From an uncultured Candidatus Actinomarina sp. (GTDB taxonomy: Bacteria; Actinomycetota; Acidimicrobiia; Actinomarinales; Actinomarinaceae): DNA of 64,000 nt. The notes under the pieces are model-generated. The model did no database searches. It had not been told where the DNA came from and was given only the letters and a program-made list of their open reading frames with translations. The DNA lies in the NCBI GenBank assembly GCA_902634185.1, contig CACPJC010000004.1:32001-96000 (forward strand), read 5' to 3'. Positions within the stretch are counted from its first letter, which is position 1; the number at the start of each line of letters is the position of its first letter. Positions 1 to 9,930 of this stretch are shown one piece after another. The position numbers were made by a program, and so were the translations under genes.

Positions 1-2
1 AA

Positions 3-272
3 CAACCTATGGGGATGGTTCATGGTGGGGTAATAGATACCATGGCTGAAGCTGCAATATCTTATGCTGCTTATTTCACACAAGAAGGTACTTGGGTCGG
101 TGTAAATAACAATACTGATTTTATCAGAGCAATTACTGATGGAACAATCATATGTGAAGCAACTCCCATTAAGCTTGGCAAGAGATCACAGATTTGGGAA
201 GCAAAATTATATAACAATGATACTGAATGCGCACGATCAACAGTTCGTTTAACTAACATTGATAAGTCATGA
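3..272 (+). CDS. PaaI/MenI-family hotdog-fold thioesterase, 5'-truncated by the window edge
   Basis: QP-MGMVHGG...MAEAA, VGVNNNTDFIR and G-K-R-S-Q-I-W motifs. The frame is open back to position 3, so the real start lies upstream. Confidence 0.85.
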   Translation, partial: QPMGMVHGGVIDTMAEAAISYAAYFTQEGTWVGVNNNTDFIRAITDGTIICEATPIKLGKRSQIWEAKLYNNDTECARSTVRLTNIDKS

Positions 273-892
273 AAAGATACTTAATTTTAATTGTGTTATT
301 ATTAATTTTTTGTGGTGAAGACACTGTAGAAGAAACAATTATAGAAACAACGGAGGTTACAGAAGTGGCATACGATAAGACTTATACATCACCGCCTGAA
401 ATGTCTATCAATGAACAGGCTAAATATATTGCAACAATTGAAACATCACTAGGAACACTTGTAATCGATCTGTATGCTGACATAGCACCTAAAACAGTCA
501 ACAATTTTGTTAATTTATCTAATGACGGATATTACGACGATATTATTTTTCATCGTGTAATTAAAGGTTTCATGATACAAGGTGGGGATCCGAGTGGAAC
601 CGGGCATGGTGAAATGGGTAAATTCCCAGGTTATGAATTTGAGGATGAATTAGATTATCCAATGAATTATGCAAAAGGAATCGTTGCTATGGCAAATAGA
701 GGACCAAATACTAATGGAAGCCAATTCTTTATTATGCACGTTGACTATCCATTACCATATCAATACACAATATTTGGTAAAGTTTCTGAAGGCCTTGATA
801 CAGTGGACTCAATAGCCAATGTTCAAACAGGCGACAATGATAAACCTGTAGATGATGTAGTTATAAAAAGTATAAAAATTACAGAGAAGTAA
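269..892 (+). CDS. Cyclophilin-type peptidyl-prolyl cis-trans isomerase, likely a lipoprotein
   Basis: FHRVIKGFMIQGGDP, AMANRGPNTNGSQFFI and YTIFG motifs; hydrophobic N-terminus ending IFCG. Confidence 0.95.
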   Translation: MKRYLILIVLLLIFCGEDTVEETIIETTEVTEVAYDKTYTSPPEMSINEQAKYIATIETSLGTLVIDLYADIAPKTVNNFVNLSNDGYYDDIIFHRVIKGFMIQGGDPSGTGHGEMGKFPGYEFEDELDYPMNYAKGIVAMANRGPNTNGSQFFIMHVDYPLPYQYTIFGKVSEGLDTVDSIANVQTGDNDKPVDDVVIKSIKITEK

Positions 893-1445
893 GAATTTTT
901 AACGACTTTTTAGTCAAGGTTCCACCGGCTAATCCTTTTTTTGAACTTTTAAGAAATCCTTTTGTGAAACATTCTTTTGTAAGGTTTTTTACATAAGACT
1001 CTTTATAATTTATTTTTTCACTAATTTTTCTAGATATATTTTCACCATATTCTCTTTCGGTGTTTAAGTAGAACAATGAGTAAATAGCTAATAAATCTGA
1101 TCTGTTGTTGTATTGCTTTTTATTAATTTTTTTTATTAAATCCTTTGATGTAAGTATTGGATCGTAAATAGGTGAATTTTTCTTATACGTTTTTTTATCT
1201 AGATCAATATTTTTATCAATTAATTTAATACTTGTTTTTACTAAATTGTGGATATTAATTTTTCTTAAATCTGTTGAATTAATATTGGTAGATTTCTCTT
1301 TATTTTCAATCACTATTTTCTTACATGTCAGTTGATATTGATTTATTGGAATAAATTCAAGATATAAATTTTGGTTTTTAATTAATTTTTTAAAAGAAAC
1401 TACAATTTTGTTTAGTTCAAATATTACATCTGTAGTTTTACTCAT
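879..1445 (-). CDS. Hypothetical basic protein with probable C-terminal helix-turn-helix
   Basis: 188-aa Lys-rich ORF. ISRKISEKINYKESYVKNL is HTH-like and is followed by KGFL...GLAGGTLT. Confidence 0.65.
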   Translation of the reverse strand: MSKTTDVIFELNKIVVSFKKLIKNQNLYLEFIPINQYQLTCKKIVIENKEKSTNINSTDLRKINIHNLVKTSIKLIDKNIDLDKKTYKKNSPIYDPILTSKDLIKKINKKQYNNRSDLLAIYSLFYLNTEREYGENISRKISEKINYKESYVKNLTKECFTKGFLKSSKKGLAGGTLTKKSLKILTSL

Positions 1446-1521
1446 ATATTTATTAAAACAGATGTTTAATTAATTTATAGTTTCTTAGGTAGAATAAATT
1501 AATAATTAATATACAAAAGTA

Positions 1522-3450
1522 ATGATAAATATAACATTTCCTGATAAATCAGTTAGAAAATATGAATCTAGTATCACTGGTAATGATCTAGCTAAATCAA
1601 TTAGCAATAGTCTTGCGAAAAGTGCTGTTTGTATTGAAATTAACGGTGAATTGAGAGACCTTTCATATTTAATTGAAAATGATGCAGTCTGTAAAATTTT
1701 TACCAAAGAAGATCAATATTCCCTTGATACGTTAAGACACTCAACTGCACATGTTATGGCACAAGCTGTCTTAAATCTTTATCCTGGCACTGAGTTTGCT
1801 GTTGGACCCTCCATTGATGATGGTTTTTATTACGATTTCCTGTTTAAGGAAAATATTAAAGAGTCTGACTTAATCAAAATTGAAAATGAAATGAGAAGAA
1901 TCAGTAAATCCCAGCAGGATTTTGTTAGAGAAGAAATTTCGAAGGATGAAGCATATAGGATTTTTAGTAAACAAACATTTAAGCAAGAACTTATTAATTC
2001 AGCTGACAAAAGTGAAGGTGTATCCGAAGAAAATATATCTATTTATAAAAATGATAAATTTAGTGATTTATGTAGAGGTCCACATGTTCAAAATACTAGT
2101 TTGATAAATCATTTCAAATTAACCAAGCTTGCTGGAGCTTATTGGAGAGGTATAGAAACAAATCCACAATTACAAAGAATTTATGGTACTGCCTGGTTCA
2201 ACAAAGATGATTTAGATAATTATTTAAAAAGACAAGAAGAAGCAGAGAAACGTGATCATAGAAAATTAGGCAACGAATTAGATTTATTTATTAGTACTGA
2301 TGAAACTGGTCCTGGTCAATTTTTGTGGAAACCAAAAGGTGCTGTATTAAGACAAATAATAGAAGACTATTCAAAAAAAGCACATTCTGAAAATGGTTAT
2401 GATTATGCTTACACACCTCATATTGGTAGATCAGTCTTATGGGAAACATCCGGTCATTTAGATTACTACAAAGAAGGTATGTTTCCTCCATTAAAAAACG
2501 AAGAGAATGATGAAGAGTATTATCTCAAACCAATGAACTGTCCTTTCCATATTCTTATATATAAAAGTGACATTCGTTCGTATAAAGAATTACCTCTAAG
2601 ATATTTTGAGTTAGGATCTGTATACAGATACGAAAAATCTGGTGTTTTACATGGCCTATTAAGAGCTAGAGGTTTCACACAAGACGATGCTCATATTTTT
2701 TGTACAACAGACCAAATTGAAGATGAGATACTCAACCTATTAACATTTTCAATAAAATTATTAAAATCATTTGGCTTTGACTCAATTGAAGCAGATCTTT
2801 CTACAAGACCTGAAAAATCAATCGGAAATAATGATGATTGGGAGAAAGCAACAAATAGTCTTAAGTCTGCACTCGAGAATCAAAATATATCTTATGTAAC
2901 AGCTCATGGAGAAGGTGCATTTTACGGTCCGAAAATAGATTTACATGTAAAAGATGCAATTGGTAGACGATGGCAATTATCAACAATACAAGTTGATTTT
3001 GCACAACCTGATAATTTCGATCTGCAATTCGTTGATAGTAATAATAAAAGAGTCAAGCCAGTTATGATTCATCGAGCATTGCTTGGATCTATTGAGAGAT
3101 TTACTGGTATTCTTATTGAAAATTATGCAGGTGAATTTCCAGGATGGTTATCACCATTACAGGTAAAAATTCTTACCATTGGTGATGTAAGTAATTATTT
3201 AAATAAAATCACTAAATCACTAAAAGGATTTAGATACGAAATTGATGATCGAAATTTACGACTTGGTGAAAAATTACATGATGCATCAAAAGATAGAATC
3301 CCTATAACCCTAATTGTCGGAGAAAAAGATGAATTATCAAATACCTTAGCTATAAATATACGTTCACAAGACAACCAGCAAAATGTGAAGTATGAAGATG
3401 CTATTAAACGAATTAAAGCTAATCTTAAGACACCGATTTTTAAAATATAA
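1522..3450 (+). CDS. thrS: Threonine--tRNA ligase
   Basis: TGS domain, HSTAH, DLCRGPH, KPMNCP, RGFTQDDAH and GAFYGPKID motifs. Confidence 0.99.
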   Translation: MINITFPDKSVRKYESSITGNDLAKSISNSLAKSAVCIEINGELRDLSYLIENDAVCKIFTKEDQYSLDTLRHSTAHVMAQAVLNLYPGTEFAVGPSIDDGFYYDFLFKENIKESDLIKIENEMRRISKSQQDFVREEISKDEAYRIFSKQTFKQELINSADKSEGVSEENISIYKNDKFSDLCRGPHVQNTSLINHFKLTKLAGAYWRGIETNPQLQRIYGTAWFNKDDLDNYLKRQEEAEKRDHRKLGNELDLFISTDETGPGQFLWKPKGAVLRQIIEDYSKKAHSENGYDYAYTPHIGRSVLWETSGHLDYYKEGMFPPLKNEENDEEYYLKPMNCPFHILIYKSDIRSYKELPLRYFELGSVYRYEKSGVLHGLLRARGFTQDDAHIFCTTDQIEDEILNLLTFSIKLLKSFGFDSIEADLSTRPEKSIGNNDDWEKATNSLKSALENQNISYVTAHGEGAFYGPKIDLHVKDAIGRRWQLSTIQVDFAQPDNFDLQFVDSNNKRVKPVMIHRALLGSIERFTGILIENYAGEFPGWLSPLQVKILTIGDVSNYLNKITKSLKGFRYEIDDRNLRLGEKLHDASKDRIPITLIVGEKDELSNTLAINIRSQDNQQNVKYEDAIKRIKANLKTPIFKI

Positions 3451-3941
3451 TGGCTGAAGGCATAAACATTAATGAAAAGGACGTTCAGAAAGAAAACGTA
3501 CCTGATGATTTAAACTCTCTGGCAGTAGGAAGCTACGTTATTCCAAACCCTCTTAGAAGAAGAAGATTTGCCCATATAGTGTTATTAGCATCCATAATTG
3601 CGTTGGGATTAAACTTTACATTAGAATTAGGAGATTTAATACCGTCATCATTAATTTTAGGATTAACAAGTATTTTTATATATGCTATTGATAACAGAAT
3701 CTCATTAAATCAAAATGAAATTCTTGAATTTTTAACAGATAAAATCAATCATTCAATAGGGTATTACTCCATTGCTTTAACTTTTCAATTCAAATTCAAA
3801 TTAAGACTCTTAAATCCGGTTTGGACAGTAATTGTATATGATCATAAAAATCCACCATCTTTAAAAACTATCTTAGAAATCGACGCTTTAAAACTTGAAC
3901 TTATAGGTGATATCTATACCGAAGAAATAGTTGATGCTTGA
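3450..3941 (+). CDS. Hypothetical membrane protein (2 TM segments)
   Basis: RRRRF followed by two hydrophobic segments; overlaps thrS and pgsA. Confidence 0.75.
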   Translation: MAEGININEKDVQKENVPDDLNSLAVGSYVIPNPLRRRRFAHIVLLASIIALGLNFTLELGDLIPSSLILGLTSIFIYAIDNRISLNQNEILEFLTDKINHSIGYYSIALTFQFKFKLRLLNPVWTVIVYDHKNPPSLKTILEIDALKLELIGDIYTEEIVDA

Positions 3942-4503
3942 AAAGTATTTTAAATCTGCTTCTGAAAAATTTGCCGTTCCATTTATTAATATTTGTATAA
4001 AGCTTGGTATTAAACCAAATGTACTATCTTTCTTAGGGTTATTGATAGTAATTATTGGATGTTATTTGTTTTTAAATGATATTAAGACAACTGGAACAAT
4101 AACAATTTTTATTGGTAGCGCAATTGACGGATTAGACGGACCTTTAGCAAGAAAAACCAATATGATTTCAAAAAAAGGCGCTTTACTTGATTCATTTATT
4201 GATAGAGTTGGTGAACTTTTTATATGGAGCGTAGTTGCTCTTAGGTTTACTTCAACGGATTTTGAATTGTTTATTATATTATCAATCGTTACTGGATCAA
4301 ATTTAATTCCATATTTAAGAGCTCGTGGTGAGTCTTTGGGTATAGATAACAAAGTTGGTATTGCTGCTCGTCCAGAACGTGTAATTTTTGCTGTAATATT
4401 TATGCTTTTTGAACTACCTTTTTACAGTATTTATATATTCACATTCATATTGTGGTTTACTGTTTATCAAAGATTTAATATTCTATATAACAATTTCAAA
4501 TGA
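3931..4503 (+). CDS. pgsA: CDP-alcohol phosphatidyltransferase (phosphatidylinositol-phosphate synthase)
   Basis: DGLDGPLAR...GALLDSFIDR signature; first gene of the pgsA-patA-pimA cluster. Confidence 0.9.
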   Translation: MMLEKYFKSASEKFAVPFINICIKLGIKPNVLSFLGLLIVIIGCYLFLNDIKTTGTITIFIGSAIDGLDGPLARKTNMISKKGALLDSFIDRVGELFIWSVVALRFTSTDFELFIILSIVTGSNLIPYLRARGESLGIDNKVGIAARPERVIFAVIFMLFELPFYSIYIFTFILWFTVYQRFNILYNNFK

Positions 4504-5366
4504 AAATTTTACAATATCTACTTATTAGTTTGAGCCATAAAATATTAAAAATCTTACCATATAGATTCATAAGACTATTATCTGTTCCAATTGGTACTCT
4601 ATATTATCTTTTGACATTGAGATCGTCAATAAAGCTATTTAATCGAAAAAAAATATTTGAGAAATTGAAAATCACCTATAAACCACTAATTGTAAAAATT
4701 AATTACACACGATATTGGTTGGAAACCTTGTGGCTTACAAATAAGAATTTTTCTAAACATATCACACCATATGTAGAAATCGAAAATCAAGAATATGTTG
4801 ATAAGTTAAAAAAACAATATCCTGGTTTAATATTCGCACTTCCTCATCTTGGTAATTGGGAATTTGCAATCCCTATAGGTAATTCAATAAAATTAAATCT
4901 TCTTGCAGTAGCTGAACCATTAAGTAACAGTTATGTTTTGAATTGGTTTAAAACATTACGAGAATCACTTGGGATAGAAATAATTATTGGAGGAAAAGGT
5001 CAAAATACTTTTGAATTACTTGTTAATAAATTGAAAGCTGGAAAAGATATATGTCTTCTATCTGAGAGAAGTATCAAAAAATCGGGTGTTGCAACTGAAT
5101 TTTTTGGTCAACTCGCTGCCTTTCCAAAAGGACCGGTCGCACTTTCATTAAAAACTGAAGTGCCGATCATTCCAACTGCAATGATAAAAACAAAACGTGG
5201 ATACAAGTTAAGATTTAACAAGCCGTTTTATGTGCCATACTTTGAGAATGAAGCAACTAGTATACAACACGGTTTAAAAACTCTATCTAAAAGTTTTGAA
5301 GAATTATTAGCCTTAGATATAAACGATTGGCACTCAATTCAACCTGTGTGGACAAGTGAATACTAA
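4500..5366 (+). CDS. patA: Phosphatidylinositol mannoside acyltransferase (PatA-like)
   Basis: YWLET, LPHLGNWE, FFG..A.FPKGP and WH..QPVW motifs; synteny. Confidence 0.88.
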   Translation: MKILQYLLISLSHKILKILPYRFIRLLSVPIGTLYYLLTLRSSIKLFNRKKIFEKLKITYKPLIVKINYTRYWLETLWLTNKNFSKHITPYVEIENQEYVDKLKKQYPGLIFALPHLGNWEFAIPIGNSIKLNLLAVAEPLSNSYVLNWFKTLRESLGIEIIIGGKGQNTFELLVNKLKAGKDICLLSERSIKKSGVATEFFGQLAAFPKGPVALSLKTEVPIIPTAMIKTKRGYKLRFNKPFYVPYFENEATSIQHGLKTLSKSFEELLALDINDWHSIQPVWTSEY

Positions 5367-6342
5367 TCTATTATTAGTTTCACCATATAACGTTAATTTT
5401 AATGGTGGGGTACAAAACCAAGTTAATTTATTTAAGAATAACTTGGACAACTCTAAATTTAATGTTCGTATATTAGCGCCAGATTCATCTGATTATGACA
5501 TTGGCAAATCAATTAAAATTCCTTTCAATGGGTCAAATAATCCAATATCACTTTTACCTAATAAACAAATTTTAAATGAAGCCATTTCATGGGCAGATAT
5601 TATTCATATTCATGAACCATTTATCCCATTATTTTTTTGGAGATTAAAAAGTTCTAAAAAAATTATCGTCACTCATCATGCAAAAATAAGTAAGTTTATA
5701 TATTTTGGTCTTAAATTTTTGTACTTAACTTTAAATAATAAGAATTTTTATTCTACTGCTGTAAGTAAGGAGGCAAAAGCGAATGCTTTAACGTTATCAA
5801 AGACAACAAGAATAATTCCTAATTTCATTGTTATTGATGAAGATATTTCTTTTATTCCAAATAATAATTTTCTATTCATGGGGAGAAATGAAACTAGAAA
5901 AAACTTAAAATTGTTCATAGATTTATCAAAGACTATAGATGAGACAAAAGATTTTATTGCAATAACTAATAAAAGTTCAGAGAAGGATTTAATACAATAC
6001 GAACTTAATACCTCAGATGATGAGAAAAATTTGATCATTAAAAATGTTGGTTTTTATATTGCACCACAAACTCATTCTGAAAGTTTTGGTATAACAATAT
6101 TAGAAGCAATAAATGCCGGTAATATTGCAATTTGTTCAAACCTACCCGCTTTTATGGATCTTTTAGGAGATAGTGGTATTTACTTTAAGAATGATAATCT
6201 CCAATCATTACTGAACGTACTAAATAAAATAAATAATTCAGATTTACACACAATATGGAATAAACAATACGACCATATAAATAATAATTACAATTCAAAA
6301 AAAGTATTAGATGATTGGATTTATGTCTATAACAATTTGTAG
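5356..6342 (+). CDS. pimA: GT4 glycosyltransferase, phosphatidylinositol alpha-mannosyltransferase
   Basis: SPY....GGVQ, HIHEP, RK and [10 protein letters not shown] motifs; synteny. Confidence 0.85.
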   Translation: MNTNLLLVSPYNVNFNGGVQNQVNLFKNNLDNSKFNVRILAPDSSDYDIGKSIKIPFNGSNNPISLLPNKQILNEAISWADIIHIHEPFIPLFFWRLKSSKKIIVTHHAKISKFIYFGLKFLYLTLNNKNFYSTAVSKEAKANALTLSKTTRIIPNFIVIDEDISFIPNNNFLFMGRNETRKNLKLFIDLSKTIDETKDFIAITNKSSEKDLIQYELNTSDDEKNLIIKNVGFYIAPQTHSESFGITILEAINAGNIAICSNLPAFMDLLGDSGIYFKNDNLQSLLNVLNKINNSDLHTIWNKQYDHINNNYNSKKVLDDWIYVYNNL

Positions 6343-6356
6343 GTAGTATTAATTAT

Positions 6357-7241
6357 ATGAAAATCGAATCAACTTTTAAAATAAAAAAAGGTTTAGCTGA
6401 AATGCTAAAAGGTGGCGTGATAATGGACGTCGTCAATGCAGAACAAGCAGTTATAGCCGAAAAATCAGGTGCCGTAGCTGTTATGGCATTAGAGAGAATT
6501 CCTGCTGATATTCGTGCAGAAGGTGGCGTTGCAAGGATGTCGTCAGTTGAGACAATTCAAGAAGTAATAGATTCAGTATCAATACCAGTTATGGCAAAAG
6601 CTCGTATTGGACATTTTGTTGAAGCGCAAATGTTAGAATCCCTAGGGATTGACTTTATTGATGAAAGTGAAGTTTTAACACCAGCCGATGATAAAAATCA
6701 TATCTATAAACATGATATAAAGACTCCATTTGTTAATGGTGCAACTGACATCGGTGAAGCATGCAGGAGAATTGGTGAGGGTGCAGCTATGATTCGAACT
6801 AAAGGTGAAGCTGGCACTGGGAACGTTATTGAAGCTGTAAAGCATATGAGAAGTATGACAGATGGTATAAATAAAATTAAAACATCTGATCAAAATGAAT
6901 TGATGTCATTGGCAAAAGAAATAAGAGCACCATTTGATGTCGTTAAAGAGATTCATGAGCTTGGTAAACTGCCAGTAGTTAATTTTGCCGCTGGAGGTAT
7001 AGCAACACCTGCTGATGCAGCATTGATGATGCAACTCGGGTGTGATGGTGTATTTGTTGGATCGGGTATTTTTAAAAGCGGTGATCCAAAAGAAAGAGCA
7101 GAAGCAATTGTAATTGCAACAACAAACTACAACGATCCAGAAAAACTCATAGAAGTTTCTAAAAACCTTGGTGAACCAATGGTAGGAATAAATATAGATG
7201 ATTTAGATGAAGCGGAGAAATTAGCTAAAAGAGGTTGGTAA
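6357..7241 (+). CDS. pdxS: Pyridoxal 5'-phosphate synthase lyase subunit
   Basis: [17 protein letters not shown] and [13 protein letters not shown] motifs. Confidence 0.99.
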   Translation: MKIESTFKIKKGLAEMLKGGVIMDVVNAEQAVIAEKSGAVAVMALERIPADIRAEGGVARMSSVETIQEVIDSVSIPVMAKARIGHFVEAQMLESLGIDFIDESEVLTPADDKNHIYKHDIKTPFVNGATDIGEACRRIGEGAAMIRTKGEAGTGNVIEAVKHMRSMTDGINKIKTSDQNELMSLAKEIRAPFDVVKEIHELGKLPVVNFAAGGIATPADAALMMQLGCDGVFVGSGIFKSGDPKERAEAIVIATTNYNDPEKLIEVSKNLGEPMVGINIDDLDEAEKLAKRGW

Positions 7242-7819
7242 TGAAAACTGGTGTTTTAGCACTTCAAGGTTCCTTTTACGATCACGTACAATCTTTAGAA
7301 TTTATTGATCAAGATTATGTTTTAATTAAAGATACTTCAGATCTATCTCATGTAAATTCTTTAATTCTTCCTGGTGGAGAATCTACATCCATGATAAAAA
7401 TTCAAGAAAATAATGATTTATTTTCTGAATTAAAGAAATTAATAGAAAGTGGTATTCCAACATTGGGAACATGTGCTGGTCTGATTCTATTAGCAAAAGA
7501 CGTAATTGATGGTGAAACCTCATTGGGAGTTTTAAATACAGTCGTTGAAAGAAATGCATACGGGCGTCAGAATCAATCATTTGAGGGACTCGTTAATTTG
7601 CTAGATAATAAAGAAATGTATTGTTTCATAAGAGCTCCCAAAATTCTATCTTATGAAGATTCAGTATCCCCAATAGCAACAATTGATAATGAAGTTGTCG
7701 GCGTAATAGAAAATAATGTTGTTGGTCTCTCTTTTCATCCGGAATTAACCAATGATAAAGTTTATTTAGATTGGCTAAGTAGTTTCCTAAAGGACGGTGT
7801 AAATGTCAGGTCACTCTAA
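7241..7819 (+). CDS. pdxT: PLP synthase glutaminase subunit
   Basis: GVLALQG, PGGEST, GTCAG and FHPE motifs; start moved to the ATG at 7241 overlapping the pdxS stop. Confidence 0.97.
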   Translation: MKTGVLALQGSFYDHVQSLEFIDQDYVLIKDTSDLSHVNSLILPGGESTSMIKIQENNDLFSELKKLIESGIPTLGTCAGLILLAKDVIDGETSLGVLNTVVERNAYGRQNQSFEGLVNLLDNKEMYCFIRAPKILSYEDSVSPIATIDNEVVGVIENNVVGLSFHPELTNDKVYLDWLSSFLKDGVNVRSL

Positions 7820-8546
7820 GTGGTCAACGATAAAAAGAAAAAAAGGTGCAAATGATGCTAAAAGAGGAAAATTATTTGCCAAACTTATTAGAGGTATCGA
7901 GGTTGCAGCCAAGAATGGTGGTGCTGATCCAAATAATAATGCTGCACTTTATCAAGCAATTAGTAAAGCAAAATCAAATTCAGTACCCAATTCAAATATT
8001 GACAATGCATTAAAGAGAATGTCAGGTGATTCATCAACTGAATCATTTGATGAGATTACTTATGAAGGTTACGGACCAAATGGAGTTGCAATATTAGTTG
8101 AATGCGTTACTGACAATAGAAATAGAACTTCATCAGATGTAAAAGCTACTTTTAATAAATATGAGGGAAATACCGGTTCTCCTGGAAGTGTTAATTACTT
8201 ATTCACAAGAAAAGCAATATTTCAATTTGATGAATATAAAGAAGAGATAATAGATCTTGCAATAGATAATAATTGTATTGATATTCAAGAAAATGAAACC
8301 GGTGTTACATTTGAATTTCAACCTTCTGAATTTCAGAAAGTAGATCAATTATTTAGAAATTCAGGTTTTAATTTAGTAAATTCGGAGGTTGCTTATTTAC
8401 CATCCAGTTCTGTAAATTTAGATATAGAAAAATTTAACAGACTGTCAAAGTTGATAGAAGCATTAGAAGATCTAGATGACGTTCAGAATGTATATGCAAA
8501 TTTTGATATTGATAACAAACTATTAGAAAAAGCAATAACAGAATAA
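7803..8546 (+). CDS. yebC: YebC/PmpR family protein
   Basis: MSGHSKW, YEGYGP, TDNRNRT and DDVQNVY motifs. Confidence 0.98.
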   Translation: MSGHSKWSTIKRKKGANDAKRGKLFAKLIRGIEVAAKNGGADPNNNAALYQAISKAKSNSVPNSNIDNALKRMSGDSSTESFDEITYEGYGPNGVAILVECVTDNRNRTSSDVKATFNKYEGNTGSPGSVNYLFTRKAIFQFDEYKEEIIDLAIDNNCIDIQENETGVTFEFQPSEFQKVDQLFRNSGFNLVNSEVAYLPSSSVNLDIEKFNRLSKLIEALEDLDDVQNVYANFDIDNKLLEKAITE

Positions 8547-8553
8547 TTTTAGC

Positions 8554-8559
8554 TACAAT
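8554..8559 (+). promoter_or_regulatory. -10 element (TACAAT) of a probable leaderless transcript for the resolvase-like gene
   Basis: TANNNT exactly 6 nt before the GTG at 8566, with no SD sequence. Confidence 0.55.
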
Positions 8560-8565
8560 TATTGT

Positions 8566-8919
8566 GTGGTTAATAAAGCTAAAAAACAGGGAACTACATA
8601 CGAATCAAATATCGTAAAAAGATTGAATGAAAATTCAAATATGAAAGCTCAACGTTTTGCTGAAGGTGGCTCTAATGATTTGGGTGACATACAATTGTTT
8701 GTTGACGGAGAAGAGTATTTTATTGAAGCAAAATCTCGACAAAATCTAAATTTACATCAGTCACTAGGTAAAGCAATTGAAAAGTCTAGCGATGAAAATA
8801 CTGTCTTATTTTGGAAAAAACTGAAGAGACAGGGTGACAACAAGAGACGTACAAATGATGGAATGCCAGAAGTTGTGTCAATGTCATACGAACTTTTTAT
8901 TAAGCTTTTAAACAAGTAA
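8566..8919 (+). CDS. Hjc-like / phage-type PD-(D/E)XK Holliday junction resolvase (putative)
   Basis: K..G...E N-terminal helix (KKQGTTYE), GD (DLGDI) and E-x-K (IEAK); 117 aa; occupies the ruvCAB position after yebC. Confidence 0.75.
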   Translation: MVNKAKKQGTTYESNIVKRLNENSNMKAQRFAEGGSNDLGDIQLFVDGEEYFIEAKSRQNLNLHQSLGKAIEKSSDENTVLFWKKLKRQGDNKRRTNDGMPEVVSMSYELFIKLLNK

Positions 8920-9930
8920 TTGAACAAAACCCATATTTCTGATTTAGATTATCATTTACCAAAATCATCGATAGCCCAAGATCCATACAAAAATCCAGAG
9001 GATTCAAAAATTCTTGATGCAGAAAGTATGAAAATTCATAAATTTGAAAATATAGATAATGTAATTCCAAAACGATCATTACTTGTTTTTAATAATTCTC
9101 AAGTTAAAGATGTTCGAGTCAAAACAATTAAAAAACATACTCTCGGAAACGTTGAAATATTCATACTTAAGATAGTTGATGAATATTCTGCAGATTGTTT
9201 ACTTAAATTTAATGGAAAAAAGAATATTGGAGAAGAAATTGAACTTGAAAAATTCTCAATACATATTATCAAAAATGTAAACGATCAATTCAGAGTAAAA
9301 TTTTCTTTACCCATAGAACAAATAATCAGCAATTATGGATCCACTCCTTTACCACCATACATTGATGATATGGAATATAAATATAACCACTACAAGACTT
9401 TTTTTAGTGTGAAAGGATTTTCAGTGGCTGCATCTACAGCTGCTCTTCATTTTACTCCAAATTTATTTCAACAGCTTGAAAATAATGATATTGATATAAG
9501 TTTCCTTAATCTTGATATCGGCCTCGGTACCTTCAAACCGATTAGTACTGACTACGTAGAAGATTATGATATACATTCTGAAGATTATGAGATTAATAAA
9601 TCAACTTACCATGAAATAATTGCCAAAAAAAACAAGGGATATAATATTGTTTGTGTTGGTACGACAACATTGAGAACTTTAGAGCATGTATATAAAACTT
9701 CTACTTTTAAAGGGAAAACAAATTTATTTATAACAAAAGGATTCAAATTTAATGTTGCTGACTATCTAATAACAAATTTTCATGCTCCTAAGAGCTCTTT
9801 ACTTTCAATTGTTCAAACTATTTATGGCGATTCTTGGAAAAAACTTTATGCTTTTGCTTTAGAAAATAACATGAAGTTCCTAAGTTTTGGTGATGCAGTA
9901 ATGTTTAAAGTAAAAAACAATGGCATATAA
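8920..9930 (+). CDS. queA: S-adenosylmethionine:tRNA ribosyltransferase-isomerase (divergent)
   Basis: DYHLP...IAQ.P, PLPPYI, VGTTTLR, TNFHAPKS and FLSFGDA motifs; adjacent to tgt. Confidence 0.93.
   Translation: MNKTHISDLDYHLPKSSIAQDPYKNPEDSKILDAESMKIHKFENIDNVIPKRSLLVFNNSQVKDVRVKTIKKHTLGNVEIFILKIVDEYSADCLLKFNGKKNIGEEIELEKFSIHIIKNVNDQFRVKFSLPIEQIISNYGSTPLPPYIDDMEYKYNHYKTFFSVKGFSVAASTAALHFTPNLFQQLENNDIDISFLNLDIGLGTFKPISTDYVEDYDIHSEDYEINKSTYHEIIAKKNKGYNIVCVGTTTLRTLEHVYKTSTFKGKTNLFITKGFKFNVADYLITNFHAPKSSLLSIVQTIYGDSWKKLYAFALENNMKFLSFGDAVMFKVKNNGI

Noticed and set aside
1452-1470. Imperfect inverted repeat ATTAAAACAGATGTTTAAT in the thrS divergent region
   Set aside because: Only AT-rich outer arms match, which is expected by chance at this composition.
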